A DNA stretch of 63,889 bases, filler included, from Octopus bimaculoides (GCF_001194135.2; 10 parts of 9 records of this genome joined end to end with filler, not necessarily neighbours in it); one strand, 5' to 3'. Counted from the whole stretch's first letter, positions 34,488-47,260 are shown. The notes: generated by a model from the letters alone, not told the origin. Numbers and translations: made by a program.

Positions 34488-34878
34488 GTGCTGGTGCCAG
34501 GTAAAAAACACCCATTTCAGTGTCACGTAAAAAACACCCATGCTGATGTCATGTAAGAAGCACTTGCCTGTGCCATGTTGAAAGCACCTGTGCTGGTTCC
34601 ACCTGTAAAACACCTGTGCTGGTTCCACATATAAAGTACCCATGCTGGTGTCACATATAAAGCACCTGTACTGGTGTCATGTAGAAAGCACCTGTGCCAG
34701 TGCCACATCAAAGCACCCAGTACACTCTGTAAAGTGACTGATATTAGGAAGGGCATCCAGCCATAGAGATCATGCCAAAACAGGCAATTGGGGCCTGGGC
34801 AGCTCTCTGGTTGGCTATCTCCTCTCAAACTGTCTAACCCATGCCAGCATGGAAAACAGATGTAAATGATGATGATGA
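34488..34878 (+). mobile_element. RTE-tail element headed by nine ~26-bp tandem units
   Basis: Units TGTGCTGGTG(C/T)CAC(G/A)TA..AAGCACC at 34488-34717, then the standard RTE tail ending GATGATGATG. Confidence 0.8.
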
Positions 34879-34896
34879 ATTGCTGAACTGTTTATT

Positions 34897-35265
34897 GTTG
34901 TTGTTGGCACTCCGTCGCTTACGACGTCGAGGGTTCCAGTTGATCCGATCAACAGAACAGCCTGCTCGTGAAATTAACGTGCAATTGGCTGAGCACTCCA
35001 CACGTGTACCCTTAACGTGGTTCTCGGGGATATTCAGCGTGACACAGTGTGACAAGGCTGACCCTTTGAATTACAGGCACAACAGAAACAGGAAGCGAGA
35101 GTGAGAGAAAGTTGTGGTGGAAGAGTACAGCAGGGTTTGCCACCATCCCCTGCCGGAGCCTCGTGGAGCATTAGGTGTTCTCGCTCAATAAACACTCACA
35201 ACGCCCGGTCTAGGAATCGAAATTGCGAGTCCGCTGCCTTAACCACTGGGCTATTGCGCCTCCAC
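34897..35265 (-). mobile_element. Full-length tRNA SINE (same family as 29941)
   Basis: Family match; imperfect 12-bp TSD GAACTGTTTATT / GAACAATTTATT. Confidence 0.9.
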
Positions 35266-35361
35266 GAACAATTTATTACCAGAATCTGAATATAAGTGTG
35301 TGATGGTGTTGGTGGTAAAACTTAAATGTTGAAGATTCAATGAATTCTTTTTGTTTTGCAG

Positions 35362-35436
35362 TCTGTTACAGTTCATACTGATGTCGGTCCAGTTAAGATT
35401 GAACTGTTCTGTGAACAAGTTCCTAAAGCTTGTGAG
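35362..35436 (+). CDS. PPIL3: PPIL3 coding exon (SVTVHTDVGPVKIELFCEQVPKACE)
   Basis: ttttgcAG / GAG|gtaaag, 75 nt; matches recalled PPIL3 SVTLHTDVGDIKIEVFCERTPKTCE. Confidence 0.95.
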
Positions 35437-35505
35437 GTAAAGATAATTTTCAGATTTATTACAATTTATTTGTAAATTCATGCCTGCTCATTAAAATCTC
35501 ATTAA

Positions 35506-36048
35506 CCCTTTAGCATCCAGACTCCTCTGTTGAATGTAAGGCTAATTTATTGATGTTTCGAATTGATCATGCATTATCCTGTAACTTTGAGATTTCGATG
35601 ATCTCATCATCATCATTTAACGTCTGCTTTCCATGCTAGCATGAGTTGGACAGTTTGATTGAGACTAGCAAGCCAGGAGGCTGCACCAGGCTTCAATCTG
35701 ATTTGGCAAGGTTTCTACAGCTGGATGCCCTTCCTAGCACCAACCACTCCGAGAGTGTAGTGGGCCAGTCTGGTGGCACTGGCATCGACCATACTTGAAT
35801 GGTGCTTTTTATGTGCCACCAGCATGGGTGTCAGTCAGGCAGTATTGGCATCGACCATGACAACGATTTCACTTTACTCAACATGTCTTCTCAAGCACAA
35901 CATATTGCCCGACAATTGAACGGAACTCTTAAATGGGCCATTTTACATTGACATTGTAGGGTAGGTGTGAGAGACTGGATCTAGTTGGTTTGAACATTAA
36001 GCAAGTAGAATATTTGAGCCTGACATAGCCATTTTAAATGCTAATGGG
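35506..36048. mobile_element. piggyBac-type MITE split by an RTE fragment
   Basis: TTAA|CCCTTTAGCAT ... ATGCTAATGGG|TTAA; internal halves match 27574-27789. Confidence 0.85.
35604..35940 (-). mobile_element. RTE 3'UTR fragment nested in the MITE
   Basis: (CAT)n tail at 35604 plus family match. Confidence 0.85.
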
Positions 36049-37102
36049 TTAAACTACCTTTGTTAAGTGAAGATGCATGAGTTGGTAGTTAGGGTGTTTG
36101 GCTCATGGATTCAATTCCTGCGGCAGGAAGCACAGTGTCCTTGAGCAAGGCTCTTCATTTAATGTTGCTCCAGTCTATTCAGTTGAAAATGTGTACTAGC
36201 TGCATGCTGGTGCAGCTTTCTCCTCTTCAAACTGTAACACCCTGGCTGTGCTGCTGAGTCAAAAAGTAGGGCGCTTGAAGACTTGAGAGGACGTCTATGT
36301 CTGCTCAGTTATATAGGCACCTAAACAATGAGCAAAAGCATGGGATATGTTATCAAGCCATACTCCTTTGCTAGTGATGACTGGTTCTTTAACTTTTGTT
36401 ACATATAGAGGCTGAACCAGAGAAATCCAGCCATGGCACATGATACTTTAAAGTCTCCTCTCCATGGTATCATATTTTTATCTTGCAGGAATTTTTTCTC
36501 TAGACTTCTACCTCTCATTGCTTAAATATGTGTTTCATATGTATCTCATATCGATATAGTTTTATTTTTGTGTAACTGATTTCAAAGATGGTACAGTTTA
36601 CAGAACCAGATATTGAATTTGTGCTGGTAATTATTGTGTTCCTTTGCCATTGGTGTAGTCATGATTGAGTTGTTAAATTCACTGGGCTATCATGAATTTG
36701 ATCTCATTGCATTGCACCTTGTGTGAGTGTCTTATATCATAGCCTTGGGTTGACTCAAATTTTGTAAGTGAAATTGAATATATGGAAACACAGTGGAAGC
36801 TTAATGAATGAACCGCATTAATAATACAAAGGTCCAGCCTTGTCAAACACTGCTACATTGTTTCTATCTGAGTTATATTAAAACTATAAATATCTATGGA
36901 ATACTGTACTCTGTAGAGCAACACATAATTGAAAAGATTTCCATCAACATGCAGTGTACAATCCATATCTTGTCATAGAAAAGAATGATCTATTAAGGCA
37001 CTTTATCTCTCAACATTGTAGATTACTGTGTCAGTTTATTTTACTTCATTCTATCCTGCTTCAACAAAACCCATTATTTTTCCAAATATATTTCTTTTCC
37101 AG

Positions 37103-37196
37103 AATTTTCTAGCCTTATGTGCTCAAGACTACTACAATGGCTGCATATTTCATCGGAACATTAAAGATTTCATGGTTCAAACTGGTGACCCAACTG
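37103..37196 (+). CDS. PPIL3: PPIL3 coding exon ([31 protein letters not shown]+G)
   Basis: ttcttttccAG / G|gttagt, 94 nt; cyclophilin FHR..K.FM.Q.GD motif. Confidence 0.96.
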
Positions 37197-38082
37197 GTTA
37201 GTGTTAAGTGAACAGAATAAATATTTTTTTTTCTTCTGTGCTTCATTTTGTCTTTTCATGTTTTTGTGTTTAATACTTTCATGATTGACCTACTTTCCAG
37301 TTATATTCAGGTGTTATACACACATACACAATCCTTCTTTTCTGTTTTGTTCTTTTTTTGTCTTGCAAATTTCTCAGCAACTTCACTAGTGTTGGCAGCA
37401 TGAAAAAAAAAGCACCCAGTACACAAAGTAGTTGATGTTAGGAAGGGCAGCCAGCTGTAGAAACCATGCCAAAGTTAACACTGGAGCTTGATGCAGCCCT
37501 GAGACTTATCAGATCCTGTCAAAGCATCCAACTCCTGCCATCATGGAAAAACGAATGCTACATGTTGATGGTATATATATATGTATACTTTATTTGTAGT
37601 GTGGAGAAGAATCTGCATGAACCCATTGCTTGACTTGTTAATCCACAAATAAAGAATATTTATCCATCAATGTGGTGTTGAGCACACACTGTAAACAATA
37701 ATGATGATGATATTGTAGGTGCAGGTGTGGTTGTTTGGTTTTTAAGAATTTCAGTTCCATCACATGATCACTTAAAATGGGCAGACCTCTTTAACTATAT
37801 CCTAGGGCCAACCAAAGCTCAATAAACACTCACAACGCCCGGTCTGGGAATCAAAACCGTAATCCTATGACCGTGAGTCTGCTGCCCTAACCACTGGGTC
37901 ATTGTGCCTCCACAATTGCATTAGTAACACACATTTTATTACATGCTTCTCTAGTTTCCTGTTTCTACAACACACAACATTTCTGTGGAGGAAATTATTG
38001 ATGATTTTGTAGGCTATTCATGATGATACTAGTTCAGACTAATAAATTAATTGATATTTTTATATTTTATTTTCTTAAACAG

Positions 38083-38150
38083 GAACAGGCAAAGGTGGTA
38101 CTAGTATATGGGGCGGAAAATTTGAAGATGAATTCCGAGACAGTTTAAAG
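38083..38150 (+). CDS. PPIL3: PPIL3 coding exon (GTGKGGTSIWGGKFEDEFRDSLK)
   Basis: ttcttaaacAG / AAG|gtttgc, 68 nt, phase consistent with neighbours. Confidence 0.96.
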
Positions 38151-38213
38151 GTTTGCTGTTTGATATTTTCCTTCACTTTGTATCTAAACCTTCTCTTAGT
38201 ATATTTCTAAGTA

Positions 38214-38624
38214 CTGTAAATCTTTCAGTATAATCCGCATTTTTTTCCCAAAATTTAAAGGTCAAAATCCCGAGTGTGTACTATATACGAGGTTAAAAAT
38301 GAAAAATATTTTCTAAGTGATAAATATGTAAAGGCAATTTACTTAGTATTTATTTTTCACTGATGTTATTACTGTTATTTCTTTATTTTCTGCAAACAAA
38401 GTGCACAAAAAAGCTACACGTTTGCATTATGATATATATACAATAATAATAAAGGATGTTACTGTATATATGTTTACAAACCAAGGACGTTATATAGACC
38501 TCCTTGACTCAAGTTAGAGAAGGGGTGCGTATTATACACAAGATTTAGGTTTTTCGGAGATACAGTCCCCTAAAAATCCCCTGTGTATTATACTCAAGGA
38601 CGGACTATACTCGAGAATTTACGG
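38214..38624. mobile_element. pogo/Tigger-like MITE
   Basis: TA|CTGTAAATCTTTCAGTATAATCCG ... CGGACTATACTCGAGAATTTACGG|TA. Confidence 0.7.
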
Positions 38625-38832
38625 TATATCAGCTGCTATTATTTGCTTGGAACCTGGAAGGATGAAAAACAAAGATAAATTTGGTAGGAGCTGAAATTTG
38701 GACGTAAAGAGATGGAACAAATACCATAAGGTATTTTTTCCCCCACTCATGATTCCATCAATTTACTTCCCAAGTAGTTGTAGTAATAATAATAATAATG
38801 ACTAACTAAATTAGCATGCACTAATAATAATA

Positions 38833-39360
38833 ATCCTTTGTACTAAAGGCAGAAGGCCTGAAATTTTTGTGGGGAGGGGACTAGTTGATTACATTGACCT
38901 CAGTGTACATAATTTGTTGACCCAGAAAGGATGAAAGGCAAAGTCAACCTCAGCGGAATTTGAAAATAGAACATAAAGACAGACGAAATACTACCGAGCA
39001 TTTCACCTGGCATGCTAATGATTCTGCCTTAGCCATCCTTTACTACAAGGTGTCCACAAAGTCTGGGTACATGGGGATTCACACATACTTTAAGAAATTA
39101 TTATTTCTTATATTTAATTGTTTATGTTATGATTTTATTTACTCCATGTACCCAGTCTTTGTGGCCACCCTGTATTATAGGCACAAGGCCTGAATTTTTT
39201 TTTTTTTTTGAAGTGGGGCTGGTTGATTATAGGAACCCCAGTGCTCAACTGGTACTTATTTCATCAACCCTGAAAGGATGAAAAGCATTTGAACTCAGGA
39301 CAAAAATAGCTGGAAGTATTACTGCAAGGTTTTGTTCTGATACTTTAATGCTTCTACCTG
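38833..39360 (-). mobile_element. Two tandem MetaSINE-like copies
   Basis: GGCCTGAA..TT..GGGG..GATT..GAC.CCAGT..GGATGAAAG..TTTGAA motif occurs twice. Confidence 0.65.
39046..39172. mobile_element. Tc1/mariner-type MITE (127 bp) with TA TSD
   Basis: TA|CAAGGTGTCCACAAAGTCTGGGTACATGG ... CCATGTACCCAGTCTTTGTGGCCACCCTG|TA. Confidence 0.9.
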
Positions 39361-39433
39361 TCCACAGCAACAATAATAATGGCTTTGAAAGAAATTACTG
39401 TTAAAATGTAAAAATATCTCCTTCCTTCTTTAG

Positions 39434-39552
39434 CACAACACACGAGGCATAGTATCCATGGCTAGCAGTGGTCCAGACACCAATGGCTCTCAATGGTTTA
39501 TCACTTATAATAAGCAACCACATTTGAACATGAAATACACAGTTTTTGGACG
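39434..39552 (+). CDS. PPIL3: PPIL3 coding exon ([39 protein letters not shown]+CG)
   Basis: cttctttAG / CG|gtaaaa, 119 nt; QPHL.MKYTVFG is characteristic of PPIL3. Confidence 0.96.
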
Positions 39553-40330
39553 GTAAAAACTTTCACTTTATTTTCATTTCATTGTATATTAACAGTAATA
39601 TTCATTTCTGATTTGGACACAACCTCACAAAATTCAAGAGAAGATGGTGGTGTAACTGAATTTCTGGGGGAAAATCATCTCTATAAACTGGTATCTTATC
39701 CAAGAGGAAGATTTGTTTTTTGTCTGATAACTGCTACAGAAACCGTAGTCAAGTATTGGTCCAGTGGATGTGTGAAGTTTGTATTAATTTAGTCAAGTAT
39801 ATTTGTCATTATAATATAGATGCAAGAGCATTATTAAATAACAGAATTGGGTTTCTTAGGACAAGTGATCATGCACTTGGCAATAAGAACCAGCTGCATT
39901 CTACTACCAGTGTTTTTCCTCTGCAATTAATAATTACCAATTATTATTATTGTACCTCCTTGGATAAGAATTGATCCCTGGTATCACTTAAACCCAAATA
40001 CATCTAAGTTTTCAGGCAGAGCCCTTCATGCTTGCATGAGAGGGCTTTGTTTTCTTTCTCTCCAAATAGTCAACTAACATGATTTTTTTTTTTTTGATTT
40101 TACTGTATTTGCTTTTGATAATAGAATGAGAAGATTGGGTTAAGCTATTTGGAGGTTAATGGTTTGGTACAACTGACTTGACATTCAACCCGTTTTGGCA
40201 CTGGAGGCAAACACATGCATGCACACACAGAAATACACACATACAGTAGAGAGAATGACATTACAATTTATGAATTAAGCACGATTGATATGAACATTTT
40301 TCCTCTCCTCAGACACATAAAGAGGTACAT

Positions 40331-40686
40331 CAATCATCATTTAACATCTGTTTTCCATGCTGGCATGGGTTGGACATTTTGACTGAAGACTGGCAAGCCA
40401 GAAGGCTGCACCAGGCTAAATCTGATCTGGCAAGGTTTCTACAGCTGGATGCCCTTCCTAATGCCAACTACTCCGAGAGTGTAGTGGGTGCTTTTTACGT
40501 GCCACCAGCATGGGAGCCAGTCAGGGGGCACTGGCATTGACCACGTTTAAATGGTGCTTTTTATGCGTCACTGACACAGGGAGCAGGTGGCACTGGCATC
40601 AACCATGACTACGATTTCACTTGACACAACAGGTCTTCTCAAGCACAGCATCTTGCCTGCCAACTCAAGGGTACTTTCAAATGGGC
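40331..40686 (-). mobile_element. RTE 3'UTR fragment
   Basis: Family match to 35604-35940; runs into gap. Confidence 0.8.
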
Positions 40687-41378
40687 NNNNNNNNNNNNNN
40701 NNNNNNNNNNNNNNNNNNNNNNNNNNNNNNTTAATTAATTAANNNNNNNNNNNNNNNNNNNNNNNNNNNNNNNNNNNNNNNNNNNNAGTGTAAGTTGTTG
40801 ATATAAGTACGGAAGAAAATGTAACATGTTTGAAGAAGTTAGTAGGAAGGTATTGTTGGGTATAGTTTACCGCTGACAAAGAGATGTCTAGCAAGCGTTC
40901 TACAACTTATGCTTAATAAATACGGGGATGGACGATGTGTCCATTGTACAGAATCTCAGGAAAGGATAACGGAATAGAATAAAAGAAGTACATAAATAAA
41001 CACCAACATTCATACATACATACATACATACATATATACATATATACATCCATTCATACATACAAACATACACATACATACATACATACATACATACATA
41101 CACATATATATATTTATTTATATATACATACATATATAGGTGTGTGCGTCTGAATGTATACTTGTACACATATATGTATATATATGTACATGTGCATGTA
41201 TGTATACATGTGAGTATATATAGATATATATATGTGTGTATACTGAGACCTAAACACAAATGAAGTGATGAATAAGATAAGTTGGACATAGCAATAGAGT
41301 GTGATTGATAAATCAATTATTTCAGCAAAGTAAATCAATATATATATATATATNNNNNNNNNNATATACTCATATATT

Positions 41379-41412
<34 letters not shown>

Positions 41413-42960
41413 GCTTGCTCGTGCATGAAACATGTGTGCACGCCCGTACGCGGACACGCACACACGCTCGCATATGCACACATACTCATGTATATTTGCG
41501 CACATGTGCAGGCAGATAGGTGCATTAAAACGTACACTAGATAATTCAATACGTTTGCAAAACAACACTATACAAAGTATATATGAAATAAATAAATAAA
41601 AAAAATAAAAGGAAAGATGGAAGTGTTAGTGAGGTGACATATGCTTTGGTTAGATGAAAGCAATGCTTGAGAGACAAGTGTAAGTTGTTGATATAAGTAC
41701 GGAAGAAAATGTAACATGTTTGAAGAAGTTAGTAGGAAGGTATTGTTGGGTATAGTTTACCGCTGACAAAGAGATGTCTAGCAAGCGTTCTACAACTTAT
41801 GCTTAATAAATACGGGGATGGACGATGTGTCCATTGTACAGAATCTCAGGAAAGGATAACGGAATAGAATAAAAGAAGTACATAAATAAACACCAACATT
41901 CATACATACATACATACATACATATATACATATATACATCCATTCATACNNNNNNNNNNNNNNNNNNNNNNNNNNNNNNNNNNNNNNNNNNNNNNNNNNN
42001 NNNNNNNNNNNNNNNNNNNNNNNNNNNNNNNNNNNNNNNNNNNNNNNNNNNNNNNNNNNNNNNNNNNNNNNNNNNNNNNNNNNNNNNNNNNNNNNNNNNN
42101 NNNNNNNNNNNNNNNNNNNNNNNNNNNNNNNNNNNNNNNNNNNNNNNNNNNNNNNNNNNNNNNNNNNNNNNNNNNNNNNNNNNNNNNNNNNNNNNNNNNN
42201 NNNNNNNNNNNNNNNNNNNNNNNNNNNNNNNNNNNNNNNNNNNNNNNNNNNNNNNNNNNNNNNNNNNNNNNNNNNNNNNNNNNNNNNNNNNNNNNNNNNN
42301 NNNNNNNNNNNNNNNNNNNNNNNNNNNNNNNNNNNNNNNNNNNNNNNNNNNNNNNNNNNNNNNNNNNNNNNNNNNNNNNNNNNNNNNNNNNNNNNNNNNN
42401 NNNNNNNNNNNNNNNNNNNNNNNNNNNNNNNNNNNNNNNNNNNNNNNNNNNNNNNNNNNNNNNNNNNNNNNNNNNNNNNNNNNNNNNNNNNNNNNNNNNN
42501 NNNNNNNNNNNNNNNNNNNNNNNNNNNNNNNNNNNNNNNNNNNNNNNNNNNNNNNNNNNNNNNNNNNNNNNNNNNNNNNNNNNNNNNNNNNNNNNNNNNN
42601 NNNNNNNNNNNNNNNNNNNNNNNNNNNNNNNNNNNNNNNNNNNNNNNNNNNNNNNNNNNNNNNNNNNNNNNNNNNNNNNNNNNNNNNNNNNNNNNNNNNN
42701 NNNNNNNNNNNNNNNNNNNNNNNNNNNNNNNNNNNNNNNNNNNNNNNNNNNNNNNNNNNNNNNNNNNNNNNNNNNNNNNNNNNNNNNNNNNNNNNNNNNN
42801 NNNNNNNNNNNNNNNNNNNNNNNNNNNNNNNNNNNNNNNNNNNNNNNNNNNNNNNNNNNNNNNNNNNNNNNNNNNNNNNNNNNNNNNNNNNNNNNNNNNN
42901 NNNNNNNNNNNNNNNNNNNNNNNNNNNNNNNNNNNNNNNNNNNNNNNNNTATATGTGTGT

Positions 42961-42992
<32 letters not shown>

Positions 42993-44639
42993 TTGTGTGT
43001 TTGTGTGTGTGCGTGCGTGTGTGTGCGTGTGCGTGCTTATATATATGATATCACGGTCCGACTAACCCTCCTTTCCCTACTTACTTCTCTTCCTGCAATT
43101 CTTTCTATTTTAAATCTTTCTTTTCTCCTCTTCACCCATTTCATTCTCTTAATAGTGGCCACTATAAATCTACTTAGTAGATTGTGCTAAAGTACAGCTT
43201 TTCAGGATGTCTACGACTAGATGGGAATGACAATGTCCTCCACAATGACAGCTGATCGATATGTGTAAGCAAAGCAAGATGAAAGAATAGCGGACAAGAC
43301 TATAATATAGTTGTCGTTCATGGCCATCTTTGCAAATTATATTATTATATTATTTAACTTTCTCTGATTTAGCAGCTTTTCAATGCGTCCGAACATTCTT
43401 CAATGTATGTATATGAGTGTAGATTTCTATGTGTGTATGTGTAGATATGTGTACGTGTAGATGTGTGTATGTGTAGATGTAGGGGAAAAAAACAAAACAG
43501 CCGGTCCATATCAATATATAGTAGGCCTGATAAATGTGCAAGAAAGTATTTTGGTTAAGGTTGATATATGTAAGAATGTTCTCTCTTATTGATCATTCTA
43601 TTGGTCGGCACCAGGTATGTAAATATTCGTGTCGGAAGACTGGACTCGTGAGTAGAAACATCGAACGTTCGTATTTTAGTAGAGGAGACGGATAGAACTT
43701 GTGCAACTAAGATGATTGGTCACAAAATACTGAAATTACTGTTTGTTGTATCATAGACTCTAATTCTCGTTGAGTTCTCTTCATCACCTAAATCATGGTT
43801 AGCTTTAATAGAGACTAGTCTACTGTAAACATTCCGAGAGGGACAGTGACAAAGCATCTTGATAACGCTACATCATGCAGCAGTAATCTAAAAGTCGTTG
43901 TTTGTACTTTTTACCCCAGAGCAAGTATTAGAAGTCGAAGGCTCACAGAACAGTATTCTGTCACTATCTTATAAAGATAAAAGATGCTATGTTAGCAGAG
44001 CTGAAGTAGATCTGTTTCCGATAAAGTGTAACGCTGAGTTTGAAGCTCTTATTTTATTTTGGTTTTAAAATGTGTTACTATACAATATGTATTCGTACTA
44101 TGTTTTATGTTTACCTATACTCATGACATTTAACTGAATGCTTTAGCTTTAACGTGCTGTAAGTATTATAGAAACATGAGCCTGTGAACCAGTATTGTTT
44201 TATCCGCCCGTTAAAGCGGGTTCAATTGAGATGAGAATTAAAGCAACAAATTGTTATGTTTATTCCATGCCTATCCAAACCGAGAATATCTATGATCAAT
44301 TTTATATATACCAATATCGTCCCTTCTTTGCTGTCCATAGGATAGGTGGAAAGATAGTGTACCTTAGATATTTTGAGTTCGACGGGATGTGATTTGAGAG
44401 ACATTTGTTTTGTGTTTCTAGTAGATCAGGTAAGTATGGCTACGTAGTAACCCCATTAGTGTTTGGTTAGGAAGCAAGGCGGAAAATCTATTGTATAGAA
44501 TATCTTCCTATAAGACACGAATAAATTTAATCAGACGAGCGTTTTCCTACCGTGCATAATTATATCACATAAGTGATAGAGAAATAGTTATAATTATGCA
44601 CGCTAGGAAAACGCTACTGTTCAACCAGGGTTCAACCTG

Positions 44640-45874
44640 AGTCAAAAGAACTGACTGTGAAGGCTCTTTCATCGTCGCGATGGAGGCATACAACAGCGCT
44701 GATATTTGTGACCTTATAGGGATTTACATTCTGGACACCCTGGGTAATAAATTCCACTCTGTCCACTTCGACGTATATTAGAGATGATGTCATAGTCATA
44801 TCCAGAGGCGCTAACGGCCATACTTTAGTTAAGCTTAGAAAATACATCATACACATCCTCAGCAACCTTGGCCTTAAAATCACCATAGAGCCTAACCTCA
44901 CCGTGATGAACTTCTAGGATGTCACGCCTGATTTACACATTAGCACATACAGACCATATCACAAACCGAGTGATAGGCTATCATACATTAATACAGCATC
45001 TTACCACCCACCCATAGTGTTCAATAACCTAATAAAAGGTATCAGTAAACAGATTTCAATTTTATCTTAAAATAAACATATTTTCAACGCAGCGGGTCCT
45101 GCTTACAATGAGGCGCTTACGGCCAGCGGGTATATAGTATATACAGCGGACCATATAGTATATACACTAGTATCGAGTAGCCATTAAAGGAAACTCCACC
45201 ACAAGACCTTATGGCTCGCTCCCCGCTTCTCCGTAAACGTCCGGACATGCGTAGGTAAGATTTTTCTTAGGTTGGTTGATAAGCATTTCACGCGATCACA
45301 CAAATATAGAAATAACTTAAACATACATAATTAAAGAATCTCTTTCAATTATACACCCAAAGTTAATAAAAAAATATTTAGCACTCCTAAACCACGGACA
45401 GAGACAGGTTGTTCATGCAGAATTAGAATTGAATGGCCATGTAACATCGAGGCTACAGTGTATCAAACAAAGGTAGCCTCAAACAGAAGCAGCACAAATA
45501 TCAGTAACATCAATGCAAACACTGGGACAGGCACTAAAATTTATGTCAGATCTTGGGAATCTAAATTTAAAATTCGCCAGAACAACCACAGATCTTCTTT
45601 CAGGGTCTCGGAGAGCCGCAACACAATAACACTCGCAGCATACGTAGGCGCCTAAATGACGATCGTATGCCCTTTCATCATCAGGTGGAAATAACTAAAA
45701 ACTTGTGAACTCTATCGCAATGGAACAATTAAATTCTGTAAATTGTGTATGGCAGAAAAATACATAATCTTTATGAACTCACATGTGCCAGGAGACTACA
45801 TGAACTCCAGGATGGAAGCCATGGGGAGTTGTCCACATTTTCGGAAATTTTTACTTCAAAATTGGAAAATCTAG
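44640..45874 (+). mobile_element. Penelope-like element (Naiad-type) RT + linker + GIY-YIG relic, 5' truncated
   Basis: SADICDLIGIYIL, RDD, YHPPIV, AYNEAL, FSVNVRTCVGKIFL..VDKHF, GCSCR, VYQ, NNHRSSFR, FCKLCMAEK and SCPHFRKFLL; stops and frameshifts. Confidence 0.88.
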
Positions 45875-45992
45875 CTATCAAGCGAAGGAAGACAACTCGC
45901 CCGGCCATAATTTTTTAAGAGGAATATTTCTTGAACTATCACAGGCGTTCTTGTGTTTTAAAATAATCATTCTTTGCAGAGAAAAGTTACCA

Positions 45993-46150
45993 GGTGTGGT
46001 TGTGTAGTAAGTAGCTTGCTTTTAAACCACATGATTCTGGGCTCGGTCCCACTACGTGGCACCTTCGGCAAGTGTCTTCTACTATAGCCTCGGGCCGACC
46101 AAAGCCTTGTGAGTGGATTTGGTAGATGGAAACTGAACAAGGCCGCCGTG
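45993..46150 (+). mobile_element. tRNA SINE with CORE-like GCACCTT-GGCAAGTG segment
   Basis: Matches 61870-62038 and a partial copy near 600-650; ends in (TA)n. Confidence 0.75.
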
Positions 46151-46809
46151 TATATATATATATATATATATATAAACATGGTGAATCTCTATTGGTTCGG
46201 ATGATGACGATTTATCCATTTGATCGAGCAGTTATATATAATAAAAAAGAAAAATCTAATATAAAGATAAGCTCCCGCTATAATGAATATCAAATGAACA
46301 AGGACAGAAAGAAGAAAATAAATCAGTTTTCATAAGTAAAAGGCAGCTACAGTAAACTGGAAACGCGAGAATAGAAATTCAATTTATATAAATAATAGAC
46401 ATTACACTATATATAGTGGATCTTGTACCTCTTTCGTTGGTAAGCTGGAACGTTTGCATACGTGTATGCGTGTGTGCGTGCACGTGCGTCTGCGTATATG
46501 GAGAGGGAGAAATGGAGAGAAATACGCGTAAAGCATATTTGTTCTATTATAAAATTGAGAATGTTAACATTCTGTTGTAAGTATGGACGAAAAACTGCAA
46601 ATAAGAGTGAAAAATAACGAAAAATAATATACAGAGGAATGGATGAAAGCATTGTGTTCTTCGATTATCTGAAGACCTGAAAGATATGTCTGTTGATTAA
46701 ATCTTGTTTCAAGTGTAGTTGATTAAGATTTACTGACAATGTAGAGAGATACTCGTAGAAACACTAATGCTTATTGGTGTTTGTTACCACTGAGCAATAT
46801 ATCTGGCTA

Positions 46810-46810
46810 C

Positions 46811-46870
<60 letters not shown>

Positions 46871-46879
46871 GTCTATCTG

Positions 46880-46935
<56 letters not shown>

Positions 46936-47221
46936 CTTACCTAACTGTTGCTCTGGCTATCTGTCTACCTGTCTGTAATCTGTCTATTTGAATGTCTGCC
47001 TGTTTTTGTGTGATTATGTCTACCTATCTCCTTAACTGCCTTCCTGCTTGTTTGTCTGTCTGTGTGCCTCACTGTCGGTGTGCCTCTGTGTCTGTGTCTG
47101 TCTGTTTGTATGTGCCTGTCTACCTATCTACTTGTCTGTCTGTCAATCTGTCTGCCCTTGTCTGTCTGCCCTTGTCTGTCTGTCTGTCTGTCCCTGTCTG
47201 TCTGTCCTTGTCTGTCTGTCA

Positions 47222-47257
<36 letters not shown>
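46810..47257. repeat. (ATCT)n, degenerate (CTGT)n and (CT)n microsatellite block
   Basis: Directly visible. Confidence 0.95.

Positions 47258-47260
<3 letters not shown>

Noticed and set aside
34488-34717. CRISPR-like regular array
   Set aside because: No unique spacers, eukaryotic context, and units derive from the RTE UTR
40787-41949. Identical 273-bp segments at 40787-41059 and 41677-41949
   Set aside because: Zero divergence and each touches a gap; most likely misassembly or a haplotype duplicate
43206-43266. ttttcAG...GT exon-like segment as the PPIL3 last exon
   Set aside because: In the required phase it gives RMSTTRWE*, with no similarity to the cyclophilin C-terminus
45400-45840. 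Selenocysteine-encoding Naiad
   Set aside because: Visible conserved Cys positions use TGT/TGC; no TGA at those sites and no SECIS recognised
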